Source of the DNA: an uncultured virus (IMG/VR IMGVR_UViG_3300033753_000202)
Taxonomy: Duplodnaviria > Heunggongvirae > Uroviricota > Caudoviricetes
Strand: one strand, 5' to 3'
IMG/VR virus record: IMGVR_UViG_3300033753_000202
DNA: 45,901 nt
Positions 1-8,823 of this stretch are shown piece after piece. Within the stretch, counting starts at the first letter, position 1. Each line of letters begins with the position of its first letter. The notes under the pieces are model-generated. The model searched no databases, was not told where the DNA came from, and saw nothing but the letters and a program-made list of their open reading frames with translations. Position numbers and translations under genes: made by a program.

Positions 1-1350
1 ATCGATGAAATCCTCAGCCAAATCGCCAAAGCCCAAATTCCGGGGGTATCGGACTACCGGGAGATCACGGACTTGCGTCGAGTTGGTATCGAGGTGGTTT
101 GTTCCAGCAAGAATGCGGTTTCCACAGTGCTTCCGCAACTTCTGAAGAACACCAACCTGCAAATGACCGTTCCGGCGAATATGATGGTCATTGTTCGCGA
201 CCGTCCGAAGTTGGTGGGTATCAAGGACTACATCCACGAGTGGTTGGAATTCCGCAAGGAAGTCGTGCGTCGGGAGCTTACGGCGGAACTTGAAGCGGTC
301 AATTTTGAGATCCCGCGCTACGAACTGTTGGTGGATTTGCTTGGTACCGATTATAAGCGTGAGCGTTTCATGGCGACGTTGTCCAAGCAGGGTACGAAGG
401 AAGCTCGCATGGTGCTTCGGGAGTTCTACCCGGACGCGGACAACGATATCTTCGACTGGATTCTCGGTATGCGGCTGTCCTCACTTGGTGGGGTAGGCAA
501 CAAGGGCGCTCGTCTGGAGCGACTGTATGCGGCGCGGAAGCAACTGGAATATGACCTTGAGCACATTCCGCAGTATATCGCTAAGCAACTGCGCGAGTAC
601 AATCAGAAATACAGCTTCCCACGCAAAACCACGGTTTCCGACGTCGACTACACCTTTGAACGTGAAGCTCCGGCGAAGGTTGAACTTCCGGCGATGCCTT
701 GTATTGTGCAACTGGATGGGAAGTTCTTCAAACGCTACAACGTAGACGTCATCACGAAGAACTACGAAGGTATCCGTTGCTCGTCGAAGGACGTTATCTC
801 GATGATCGACACGCACGGTCGACTCTTGCGTGTCAAGGTCGAAGACATCGAACCGGTCTCTGGAAATGGGCGTGGCGTTTATCTGCCGTCCTTCTTGGAG
901 ATTCCCGACGATTTTGAAATCGTTGCGTGCGATGTCATCTCGGACAAAAAAGTAGGTTATGTATACTCCGATGGTTTCGTGTCCGTCTTGGATCTGTCCG
1001 AGTGGGCGGATAGCAAGCGCACCACCCGGATGACGCAGAATGGGGTATCTCCTGAAGCCTATAAGATCATCGCTGAGTTCCCGATTCCGAGCGAGTACTT
1101 GTACGTTGTCACGTCGAAGGGACGTTTTGGTTTCTTCACTGCCAATGAGTTCAAGCACAAGCATCGCACGGCTCGAACCAAGCTGATCAATCTTAAGCCG
1201 GGAGAAGATCTCACTTATGCGTTGCCTGTTTCCGGCGTGGATCTGCTGAAGTTGGTCAGCAACGCGGCGCGTTATATCGACAAGCTCGGGGCACTGGCGG
1301 CGGACGACACCTTCAATACGGAGTATCTCAACACACTGAGCGGGGCTTAA
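1..1350 (+). CDS. gyrA: Type IIA topoisomerase subunit A (GyrA/ParC-like), C-terminal part; 5' end lies outside the window
   Basis: The frame is open from base 1 (IDEILSQIAKAQIPGVSDYREITDLRRVGIEV), resembling the GyrA 'gIsdlrDesdr.GmrivI' segment. It also has 'LLKNTNLQMT..NMMVI..RPKLVGIKDYIHEWLEFRKEVV', 'ILGMRLSSL', 'KYSFPRKT' and degenerate beta-pinwheel repeats. GyrA versus ParC cannot be resolved. Confidence 0.8.
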   Translation: MDEILSQIAKAQIPGVSDYREITDLRRVGIEVVCSSKNAVSTVLPQLLKNTNLQMTVPANMMVIVRDRPKLVGIKDYIHEWLEFRKEVVRRELTAELEAVNFEIPRYELLVDLLGTDYKRERFMATLSKQGTKEARMVLREFYPDADNDIFDWILGMRLSSLGGVGNKGARLERLYAARKQLEYDLEHIPQYIAKQLREYNQKYSFPRKTTVSDVDYTFEREAPAKVELPAMPCIVQLDGKFFKRYNVDVITKNYEGIRCSSKDVISMIDTHGRLLRVKVEDIEPVSGNGRGVYLPSFLEIPDDFEIVACDVISDKKVGYVYSDGFVSVLDLSEWADSKRTTRMTQNGVSPEAYKIIAEFPIPSEYLYVVTSKGRFGFFTANEFKHKHRTARTKLINLKPGEDLTYALPVSGVDLLKLVSNAARYIDKLGALAADDTFNTEYLNTLSGA

Positions 1351-1363
1351 TGCCCCGCTTTTT
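1339..1363 (+). terminator. Intrinsic terminator overlapping the gyrA-like stop
   Basis: AGCGGGGC-ttaat-GCCCCGCT followed by TTTT. Confidence 0.65.
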
Positions 1364-1376
1364 GGGAGGTTCCGGT

Positions 1377-2180
1377 ATGAAAATCAGTTTGAGGTATGGG
1401 ACACCGCCAAGGGATTTCGAGGCATCGGTCGACTCTATTGTACCCAAGCCGATTGAGTTGGCGGTGGAGAACGTTGGGGATTTTCCGTCGCAAGCTCGGT
1501 CGTTGCAGTTTTATGTCCAGTCCCTGAAGTACCTCTTTCAAGGGGTAACCAACATGGTGACAGGGAATTTGCTCCGTCTTTCGGTCGAGAAGAGTTGGTT
1601 CGGTAAGATCGAACGTGACGGCTTCTCAATCAAGTGGGAACCCCGGATCGACAAGTTTTTCGTGGTGGTTTATTCGCTTGGTGACGCTAAGTTGGATGAG
1701 GACATGTACGTTGCCGATGTGGTGTATTCCACGAAAAGTGGTCGTATTGATACACAACCTGTATGGCTCAACTCGCTCTTGAACCAGAAGAGCAAAGCCG
1801 CCGCGATGGAGAAGGAGCATCTGACGGGCGCTATCGCCGCTGTCACTAAGCACATTGGCTCTTGCTCTTTGGTGTACACGAACGACAAGTTGACGGTCAT
1901 TGACCGTCGTCGGAAGAAGCAGATTCAAGTGGAAGACATTCCTTCGGATGAAGTGTACGTCTTGGTGCGTCTTATCTATCGGATTTTGAGTAAAGGACTG
2001 CATCAGGGGGTCTTCTTTGTTAACGGTCGTTATTACTCTGACAACGTTATCAATGCCTTGGTGGACTTGTCGCGTTTTATCTACGGAGACTGCTTCATCT
2101 TCCTGTACAACTTGTCGGCGGACAGCCGTGTGGATCGTGCAAAATTCGTACTACCGAATCTGGAGTTGAGTTCCTCTTAA
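1377..2180 (+). CDS. Hypothetical protein (~267 aa)
   Basis: ORF 1350..2180; GGGAGG precedes the ATG at 1377 (MKISLRYG), which is the likelier start. No recognisable motif. Confidence 0.7.
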   Translation: MKISLRYGTPPRDFEASVDSIVPKPIELAVENVGDFPSQARSLQFYVQSLKYLFQGVTNMVTGNLLRLSVEKSWFGKIERDGFSIKWEPRIDKFFVVVYSLGDAKLDEDMYVADVVYSTKSGRIDTQPVWLNSLLNQKSKAAAMEKEHLTGAIAAVTKHIGSCSLVYTNDKLTVIDRRRKKQIQVEDIPSDEVYVLVRLIYRILSKGLHQGVFFVNGRYYSDNVINALVDLSRFIYGDCFIFLYNLSADSRVDRAKFVLPNLELSSS

Positions 2181-2206
2181 GCCCCGGAATCCTTCGGGGC
2201 TTTTTT
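2179..2206 (+). terminator. Intrinsic terminator
   Basis: AAGCCCCGGA-atcc-TTCGGGGCTT then a T-run. Confidence 0.75.
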
Positions 2207-2216
2207 CTTTCCTCTT

Positions 2217-2245
2217 TTGACTGTTGATCGGACGTTTGGCATACT
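2217..2245 (+). promoter_or_regulatory. sigmaA-type promoter for the helicase gene
   Basis: TTGACT-17 nt-CATACT with extended -10 TG. Confidence 0.6.
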
Positions 2246-2279
2246 GGTAGCTTTCACTTCTATTGTTGGGGGTAGCTGA

Positions 2280-4394
2280 ATGTCTGATCAAGCATCTTTC
2301 TTTATCGATGGTTCCTCTCACGGGATTCCTCATATGACACCTTCTTCATCGCAAGGTGTACCTAATCCACTTCAGCCCGCGCAAGGCGCTTCTCCGGTCG
2401 CTCCGGCTCCGGGAGTGGTTCAAGGCGATCCTGCGGTTTCTGCGCCCGTTCAGGCGGCGCAAATGCCCGGACAGCCCCTTCAGTCGGCTCCTTCCGGTTT
2501 CGCTCCGGCTCCGGGCGTTCCCGGCGCTCCTGCCGCGCCCGCTTCGGGAACGCCGTCTTTTGCGGCTTATTCGCTTACGGACAATCTGTCCAATGAGCAG
2601 ATCATTTTTGCTGGGGTTTACTGCGACGATCATGAACTGTTCCGTTCCCGTCGTGCTAAATTCAACACCATGTTTCCTAACACGCGGGATATGTTCACGA
2701 ACGAGTGGGCGGTTTTTGCGATTCTGCTGAAGGAGTATCCGAAAATCATTCCAACGGAGCGCTTTTTGGAGTTGTTCATGCGTACCAATCAAGCCAAACT
2801 TCGGAATCATAAGCAGATTGATTACTCTGCCTATCGAATGGGGGACAGTGATCCCTATGCGGAGTTTACGGCGGTCGTGATCAATACCCTTCGCGAGCTT
2901 AAAGGTCTTCGCATCTCCGAGTCGGACTTTGAAATGGCGCTCGAGATGTATAAAATGGAGTACCTCTCTCGCGAGAGTATTCAAGTCCTCGAAGAAGCCG
3001 TCACGATTATTTCTGAAGGGGTAAGTCGGGGACGCAGAGTTTCGGCGGGGTATGAAGACATGCGTCGTATGCTGAATCAGCGATTTTCGTATCTTGACAA
3101 TATCAATGCTAAGAGTACGCGTCGCGGTATCATTACTTACGGAGCTAATGATGAGAGTGAGGACAATTCCGGGAAAGTCAAGCTCGTCTCGACTTTTGGT
3201 ATCCAACTTCTCGATCAGTATGTTGGGGGTATTTACGAAGGCGATATGGTGTCGATTTTGGCTCCGGCGAAAGGATGTAAAACTCGTTTTGTTACGAGTA
3301 TCATTCATCACGCTATTGTTAATGGCGTTGACGTAGCCGTATGGCCAGTTGAAAACGGACCGAAAAACTTCGAAGCGTTACTTCGTGCAAGGCACTTCAA
3401 CTGGTTGTATAACCGAAACGTGGAAACTGCCCATAAGAAGATTTATCTCGACTCCGACATGATTCGTAAAGGTGATCTTTCTGGGGAGCTGGAGAAGAAG
3501 GAACTCGCTTCGTGGAACGATCTCAAAACTAATAAGAACTATGGTCGTTTCGTGGTCATTGATGAAAACTTCTTGTTGGAGAGTTTTCTCGACACTATTC
3601 AACTGGCGATTGAAACTGTCGGTGCAAAGCTCATCGCGGTGGACTATTTGCAGTTGATTCAGTCGTCCACCAACATTCAAAAGAATGAGCGCATCGCGGC
3701 GGCGTACATTCAAATGCTTCAGTTTTTGAAGCAAAAGAGTATCGCTGGTATTTTCCCCGGTCAGCTTAAGCAAACGGTGGTTTCAAACTTGGGCGGAAAA
3801 TCGGTGGATGAGTTGGCGGAAATGGAAATGCGTGACTCCGCTGGTGAGTCTTACGAGGTCATCAAAACGCCGGACGTTAACCTTGCTTTGTACGGTACGG
3901 TTTCCGATATTCGTCGGGGTAGTATGAAACTGCTCTCCATTCCTTCTCGGAACATCGCTCCGTTCCATCCGATTGACTTGCATGTCGAGGCGGGAACTTG
4001 CACGTTCCGTAGCATTCAGAAGGATGACGCTCTGCTTACGCTTGATGGGCTTCTGCCGAAGCAAGTGGAACCCGCCCAACCTGCGGCTCCTGCGGTAGTC
4101 AGTGCGGTTCCTGCTTCGCTTGGAGGTGTAGCACCTTCGGTAGCGGTCAATCCGCTTGCGTCGATCCCCGCAACGGCACCTGTTGGGGTAAATGCTCCGG
4201 GCGTTCCCGCCCCGGTAGCGGCACCAATCTCTCCGAATGATGGGGTACCTGTTTCTGAGTTGGGTGGGGAAGCGACTGAAAGTGATCTTGGCGGTGACTT
4301 CCCAGAGGACGATTACGATCCCGAAATGTATGGGGACGATGGGGAATACGAGGTTTTCGAAGACGGGGATGACAACTATGACGAAGACGAGTAA
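2280..4394 (+). CDS. dnaB: DnaB-like (SF4) replicative helicase with Pro/Ala-rich termini and an acidic tail
   Basis: 'LDQYVGGIYEGDMVSILAPAKGCKT' (Walker A region), 'IAVDYLQLI' (Walker B), 'PGQLKQ' and 'MRDSAGESYEVIKTPD' match SF4 helicase motifs H1-H4. Confidence 0.8.
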   Translation: MSDQASFFIDGSSHGIPHMTPSSSQGVPNPLQPAQGASPVAPAPGVVQGDPAVSAPVQAAQMPGQPLQSAPSGFAPAPGVPGAPAAPASGTPSFAAYSLTDNLSNEQIIFAGVYCDDHELFRSRRAKFNTMFPNTRDMFTNEWAVFAILLKEYPKIIPTERFLELFMRTNQAKLRNHKQIDYSAYRMGDSDPYAEFTAVVINTLRELKGLRISESDFEMALEMYKMEYLSRESIQVLEEAVTIISEGVSRGRRVSAGYEDMRRMLNQRFSYLDNINAKSTRRGIITYGANDESEDNSGKVKLVSTFGIQLLDQYVGGIYEGDMVSILAPAKGCKTRFVTSIIHHAIVNGVDVAVWPVENGPKNFEALLRARHFNWLYNRNVETAHKKIYLDSDMIRKGDLSGELEKKELASWNDLKTNKNYGRFVVIDENFLLESFLDTIQLAIETVGAKLIAVDYLQLIQSSTNIQKNERIAAAYIQMLQFLKQKSIAGIFPGQLKQTVVSNLGGKSVDELAEMEMRDSAGESYEVIKTPDVNLALYGTVSDIRRGSMKLLSIPSRNIAPFHPIDLHVEAGTCTFRSIQKDDALLTLDGLLPKQVEPAQPAAPAVVSAVPASLGGVAPSVAVNPLASIPATAPVGVNAPGVPAPVAAPISPNDGVPVSELGGEATESDLGGDFPEDDYDPEMYGDDGEYEVFEDGDDNYDEDE

Positions 4395-4423
4395 GAAATA
4401 CACTTAGCGTTTTTCTTTTGGGA

Positions 4424-4453
4424 GGACAACTCATTTTTGAGTTGTCTTTTCTT
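4424..4453 (+). terminator. Intrinsic terminator
   Basis: GGACAACTCA-tttt-TGAGTTGTCT then a T-rich tract. Confidence 0.7.
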
Positions 4454-4566
4454 TGCGAAATCTGTCCGCTCTTGGTCAATTTAGGCGGGAAAATAGGATT
4501 ACTTTATGTCCTGTTCGGAGTGTGGAATACGTTGGTTCAGTTGATTTATTTTCGGAGGTGTTATAC

Positions 4567-5712
4567 TTGAAGTTCTCGTTAAAGGACAGTAGAATTCTCA
4601 TTTCACTAGGGGTACTCCTACTGATCTTGGTCTTTGTAGGAGTGTATATCTTGGTACCGGACTTTCGTTCTGGTATTTCGGCAACGATGTCTCAACTTTT
4701 CGGGAATACGTCATCTGCCGTTTCGGATATCGCTACGAAGCCGAGTCAGTCTAATTTTGATCCTTCGACTGGGCAGTATCAGTCAATTATCACGGAGGAA
4801 GGTGACTTGGACTTCTTTAATAATCCTGAGCAACAGCCCGTTGAAGAGGAGCATGACCCTTATGCCGATTATCCGGTGACAGCTAGAATCATTTCGCTTA
4901 ATACGGAAGGTGCGTCTTACCTGATTCAAGACGGAATTTATTGGGTGTTGGTTGACACCTCCACAGGTCGGGATACGGACAAAATTCTCTCGGTGTTGAA
5001 AGAGAATCAGGTCAAATCACTTCGTTACCTCATCATTACTAATTACAATACGTTTGCTCTTGGTGGGGCGGAAAAGATTCTGGATAGTATCCCTGTAGAT
5101 TTTATTGTGGTGGCGGAAAGTGTGGTCACCGAAGAGGAAGGTAAGCCGCTCTTACGGTACTTTGACCAGAAGCGACTGTTGTATACGGTCGGCTCCAAGC
5201 ATGGGCGCTACCCCTTGGATCAGGGGGTACTCGAAGTCCATCAAACACATGAGAAAGGATCGCTCATGTTGACGTATTATCATGGTGCGTCTAAAATTGT
5301 CTTCACGGGCGATCTTATGAGGATCGATGAGGATCGACTTGATCTTCTGCCGACTTACATCGATGCTTTGTATCTCAGCTATCGTCGTCCTGAGTACGAA
5401 ATTCCTTCTGGGTTGATCGATCACACCAAGCCGAAAGCACTTTACGCTACAGGTACGGGAAGTCTTACTGCAACGAAGAAGTTGCTCAGCACTTTGACCA
5501 CGGCGGAGTATGCAAACCATTTCTACAATCTTGATAGTACGTTGGAATTTGTACTTAACGGCTACACGATTAAGGCTCCTAAGCCCAATGTGGTAGTTCC
5601 TCAAGAAACGCCTTCCACAGAAGAAGGTCAATCCTCGAACGCGGACGCAGGGGTAAATTCGGATGCTGAGTCTGATTCCGTGTCCAGTGACAATAGCGAC
5701 TCACAGGGGTAA
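4567..5712 (+). CDS. Membrane-anchored ComEC/Rec2-type metallo-beta-lactamase-fold protein with degenerate metal sites
   Basis: GGAGGTG RBS before the TTG at 4567 and an N-terminal TM helix. 'VLVDTSTG', 'LIITNYNTFALGG', 'SLMLTYYHGASKIVFTGDL' and 'IDALYLSYRR' align in order with the ComEC MBL motifs. Confidence 0.65.
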   Translation: MKFSLKDSRILISLGVLLLILVFVGVYILVPDFRSGISATMSQLFGNTSSAVSDIATKPSQSNFDPSTGQYQSIITEEGDLDFFNNPEQQPVEEEHDPYADYPVTARIISLNTEGASYLIQDGIYWVLVDTSTGRDTDKILSVLKENQVKSLRYLIITNYNTFALGGAEKILDSIPVDFIVVAESVVTEEEGKPLLRYFDQKRLLYTVGSKHGRYPLDQGVLEVHQTHEKGSLMLTYYHGASKIVFTGDLMRIDEDRLDLLPTYIDALYLSYRRPEYEIPSGLIDHTKPKALYATGTGSLTATKKLLSTLTTAEYANHFYNLDSTLEFVLNGYTIKAPKPNVVVPQETPSTEEGQSSNADAGVNSDAESDSVSSDNSDSQG

Positions 5713-5799
5713 TTTTTCCTTTTGTAATATCAATGTCACGCTTCTTTCTGAGGAGTGGCATTTATATTAAGCAAATCCAATCAGGAGAGGTGCAGTACA

Positions 5800-6525
5800 A
5801 TGTCCAAGGATAAAGAACGCGAGCAACGCGAAATGCGGGAAAAGCAACTTGAGAGAATCGTTTCCAGTCGGGAAGACAAGCTGTCGGAAGGTGCGAAGTT
5901 GGCGATCATGCTCTGTTCGTCAGCGTTCCATTATGGCGGCGCATGGGGGTTCCTTCGTAGCACGAAGGAGAATTTCCGCGAGTGCATTGAGGAGTTTCGC
6001 AAGGAGCATCAAAACGTTCGGTTGTTCAAGGTGTCGAATGGCGCTTTGATTCACGCCAACGAGAACTTCCTCGCCAACGCGGTCAATGCGCTTCTTCCGG
6101 GAGCCATTACGCAGGATTTCGCTCAAAAGGCGATCAAGCGTCGTCAGGCGGAAACGGAGCGCTTCATCAAGTTCATTCAAAACGTGCTGGACGGCAAGGA
6201 GCAAGTGACCAAGAAGAACGGCATATACGAACTTCAGCTTGGGGTATACTCGATCAACGAGACCAACTCCATCCGTCTCAATGGGGTAGAGTATCCGGCT
6301 TACAAGTTGACGTTGTTTGAAGCTCTCGACATCATCGATAAGCTCAGTAAGCAACAAAACCTTGTTTCCGAGGTTTATGCCGTCACGGAAGACAATCAGC
6401 GTGTTTTCGCTCCGGTTTTTGCCGCTATGACCAATAGCAAAGGTGTGCAAGCGGTCTATCGCGGGCTTTCGATTTCGGAGACGGACACCGGGGTATTCGT
6501 CACGGTGCATCTGCGTCGTAAGTAA
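5800..6525 (+). CDS. Hypothetical protein (~241 aa)
   Basis: ORF 5755..6525; RBS GGAGAGGTG before the ATG at 5800. Confidence 0.75.
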   Translation: MSKDKEREQREMREKQLERIVSSREDKLSEGAKLAIMLCSSAFHYGGAWGFLRSTKENFRECIEEFRKEHQNVRLFKVSNGALIHANENFLANAVNALLPGAITQDFAQKAIKRRQAETERFIKFIQNVLDGKEQVTKKNGIYELQLGVYSINETNSIRLNGVEYPAYKLTLFEALDIIDKLSKQQNLVSEVYAVTEDNQRVFAPVFAAMTNSKGVQAVYRGLSISETDTGVFVTVHLRRK

Positions 6526-6583
6526 TCCTTTGGTTTTGCACCATTTACGTCCGGTTCTTTCTCCTTCGCTGTTCATATATTTT

Positions 6584-6618
6584 TAGGACACATTTTTCGG
6601 AATGTGTCCTACTTTTTT
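6584..6618 (+). terminator. Intrinsic terminator
   Basis: TAGGACACATT-tttcgg-AATGTGTCCTA then CTTTTTT. Confidence 0.75.
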
Positions 6619-6645
6619 GACTTAAAAATGGATTCCCTTTATAAT
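6617..6645 (+). promoter_or_regulatory. Near-consensus sigmaA promoter
   Basis: TTGACT-17 nt-TATAAT upstream of ORF 6692. Confidence 0.8.
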
Positions 6646-6691
6646 AACTAGGTTCTTTCGGATTGACTAGTTATTTTGAGGAGGGATTAAA

Positions 6692-7075
6692 GTGGCGAAG
6701 ACAGTGACTAGAGAAGAGTCCGATCTCAACATGTTGTTGACCTTGGATTACAGTCATATGACCGAACGTCAGTTGCAGGGGGTAATTTTCCGTCTCACGA
6801 CAGAACTTCAACGGGCTGAACAGCAGTTGAAGGAGGCACGTACTCAATACGTTCGAACGTTTGAGGAGTTCGACTCCAATGTGGATTTGCTCTGCGCTCA
6901 TCTGAATCATTATGACGCGCTTACTGAGTCGTATCGGGCGGAAGTGATGCGCATTCATACACGCTTAGAAGAACTCAAAGAGCGTCGCCGTCAGCTTGTG
7001 GCGGAATACCGTCAGCGCAAATTTGTCCAGCGCTTCTTGCGGCATTTTCAGCGGCAGGACGTCTCGATGTTGTAA
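6692..7075 (+). CDS. Small coiled-coil hypothetical protein
   Basis: GAGGAGG RBS, GTG start, heptad-like L/E/R/Q-rich sequence and its own promoter. Confidence 0.75.
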   Translation: MAKTVTREESDLNMLLTLDYSHMTERQLQGVIFRLTTELQRAEQQLKEARTQYVRTFEEFDSNVDLLCAHLNHYDALTESYRAEVMRIHTRLEELKERRRQLVAEYRQRKFVQRFLRHFQRQDVSML

Positions 7076-7189
7076 GTTGTCCGCTTTTTAAGCGCTCTCA
7101 TTCTTCGGTTTCTTGTCCTTTCTCTTTAAGGCGTGTTCTGCAACTTTGACTTTGCTTCTTCGCCATGAACTCGTCTTCTCCTATATAAG

Positions 7190-7212
7190 AAGCCCTTTTC
7201 CGGGGCTTTTTT
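7190..7212 (+). terminator. Intrinsic terminator
   Basis: AAGCCC...GGGCTT hairpin followed by a T-run. Confidence 0.55.
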
Positions 7213-7245
7213 GTTTCCTCCCTTCTTTCTTTTTCAATCCTTTAT

Positions 7246-7358
7246 TTGTCCGCACATTTATTCTCTTGTCGCTTCTTGTCCTTTTTCGGACATCCCCCTC
7301 TTTTATTTGGACACGATCTTCTTTGTTTGGACATGAGCTACTAAATTTTTACTCGTCC
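7246..7358. repeat. Phased TTGTCC / GGACA repeats; candidate parC centromere
   Basis: TTGTC(C/G) at 7246, 7266 and 7276; inverted GGACA at 7288, 7309 and 7329; TCGTCC at 7353; further TTGTCC at 7077, 7113 and 7426. Located directly upstream of parM. Confidence 0.55.
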
Positions 7359-7497
7359 TTAATACCTGCCCAAGCATATTTGGTTATTACCCATCGTAAT
7401 ATCTAGTACGTTTGAACTTAACACGTTGTCCGGGAGGAGGTGTGAAGCTTCCCTAGAAGCTTTAGCCTTTATCTTATAACTTCTTGGAGGTGACAAC

Positions 7498-8352
7498 ATG
7501 ACTATCAAAATTGGGTTGGACGTTGGGCGTAGTAATGTCAAGGTTTTTGATGGTCGCAAGTATTTGACTTTTCCTTCTATCGTCGGAGAGGCTCGGGAAC
7601 TGAAGCTGGATTATCATCAGGACGACCAAGGTTTTCGAGTGACTTTTCATGATCATGCTGAACCGGAGCATTGTTTCATCGGCACTTTGGCTCGGGATGA
7701 AAGTGAGTTTGCCCGCCAAATGCTCTTGCGGGAAAAAGCTACCCCGGATACGTATCGCTTGGCGATGACTGCACTTTCGCAGTACATCCCGGAGGAACAG
7801 ACGGAGGGGTATTTCGATGTCATCACGGGAGTTCCGGTGCGGGATCATGATCCAGTCACGAAACAGCGGCTGATTGATCTGCTTCAGCGGTCTTGTACAC
7901 TCACGGTTGACGGGGTACTTAAGCGAGTGCATGTTACTCGCGTTCGGGTTACGGTCGAGGGTGGTGGCGCATTTTGGGTATCCCCTAAAGACGGAACCTA
8001 TCGCCTTATCGATGCGGGCAGTCGTACCATCAACTACATCACCATGCGGGATCGCCGTTATGTTGATAAGGAATCGGGCACGCTCGACTTTGGTTTCGAC
8101 ACCAATAAATCGACGAATTTGCGTGAGTTGACGGCGGCGATTGTGGGTGAGGTCGGTAAGCGTTGGTACTCCCACGATCAAATAGGGGTGCTTGGGGGTA
8201 ATGCTGTCGCTCTTACGGCGGAGTTGAAAAGGTATTTCCCGAATGCTCACCTGTTTGATGCAGGAAAACGTGTTTCGACTACTGGTCAAATCATCGATCC
8301 TAACCTCTTTGCCAATGCGATTGGGTACTATACGATGGGAAGGAGCGTGTAG
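7498..8352 (+). CDS. parM: Actin-like plasmid segregation ATPase, ParM/StbA family
   Basis: Phosphate-1 'IGLDVGRSNVK', 'VITGVP', connect 'EGGGA', phosphate-2 'LIDAGSRTIN' and adenosine 'VLGGNA'. Confidence 0.9.
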   Translation: MTIKIGLDVGRSNVKVFDGRKYLTFPSIVGEARELKLDYHQDDQGFRVTFHDHAEPEHCFIGTLARDESEFARQMLLREKATPDTYRLAMTALSQYIPEEQTEGYFDVITGVPVRDHDPVTKQRLIDLLQRSCTLTVDGVLKRVHVTRVRVTVEGGGAFWVSPKDGTYRLIDAGSRTINYITMRDRRYVDKESGTLDFGFDTNKSTNLRELTAAIVGEVGKRWYSHDQIGVLGGNAVALTAELKRYFPNAHLFDAGKRVSTTGQIIDPNLFANAIGYYTMGRSV

Positions 8353-8354
8353 CG

Positions 8355-8669
8355 GTGGGTGAAAGTCAGTATAAAAGGTGCGGTGTGGTCTTCAACATGA
8401 AGAATCCCGCGCATGCGGAGTTGTATCATTGGTGCTGTTCGCAGACGTCAAACTTTAGCGATTTTGCTCGTTCGATTCTGTTTCATTATATGCGGCATGG
8501 CGCGTCATCCATCGCGGCAGTTGGGTCGTCTGCGTTTGTATCACGGTCGGAGGGCGGTTCGATGAACCTCCCCTTCGAATCCGCCACTCCGGTAGTGGAA
8601 GAGGTGGAATCCGATAGCACCCCGCATCGGGGGTATTCTGATGCTGAATCAATGGCGAGTATGTTTTAG
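8355..8669 (+). CDS. ParR-like ribbon-helix-helix adaptor
   Basis: Small gene directly after parM. N-terminal beta-helix-helix pattern (KRCGVVFNMKNPAHAELYHWC..NFSDFARSILFHYM) and a disordered acidic tail. Confidence 0.6.
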   Translation: MGESQYKRCGVVFNMKNPAHAELYHWCCSQTSNFSDFARSILFHYMRHGASSIAAVGSSAFVSRSEGGSMNLPFESATPVVEEVESDSTPHRGYSDAESMASMF

Positions 8670-8823
8670 CTTCGGAATGTTATATTTATCCTAGCACTTG
8701 GTTCATACAGTATCCGATAATACCGCCTATAACCATCCAGATAAAATTCATGTGGGATCACCCCTTTCTCTTTGTAGGATGTCCGAAAGCCTATTTAATA
8801 ATCAGCAAGGGAGTTGAGAAATT

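Noticed and set aside
7373..7406. sigmaF/sigmaG-like promoter (GCATA...TAATATCTA) before parM
   Set aside because: The -10 match is too loose in an AT-rich region.
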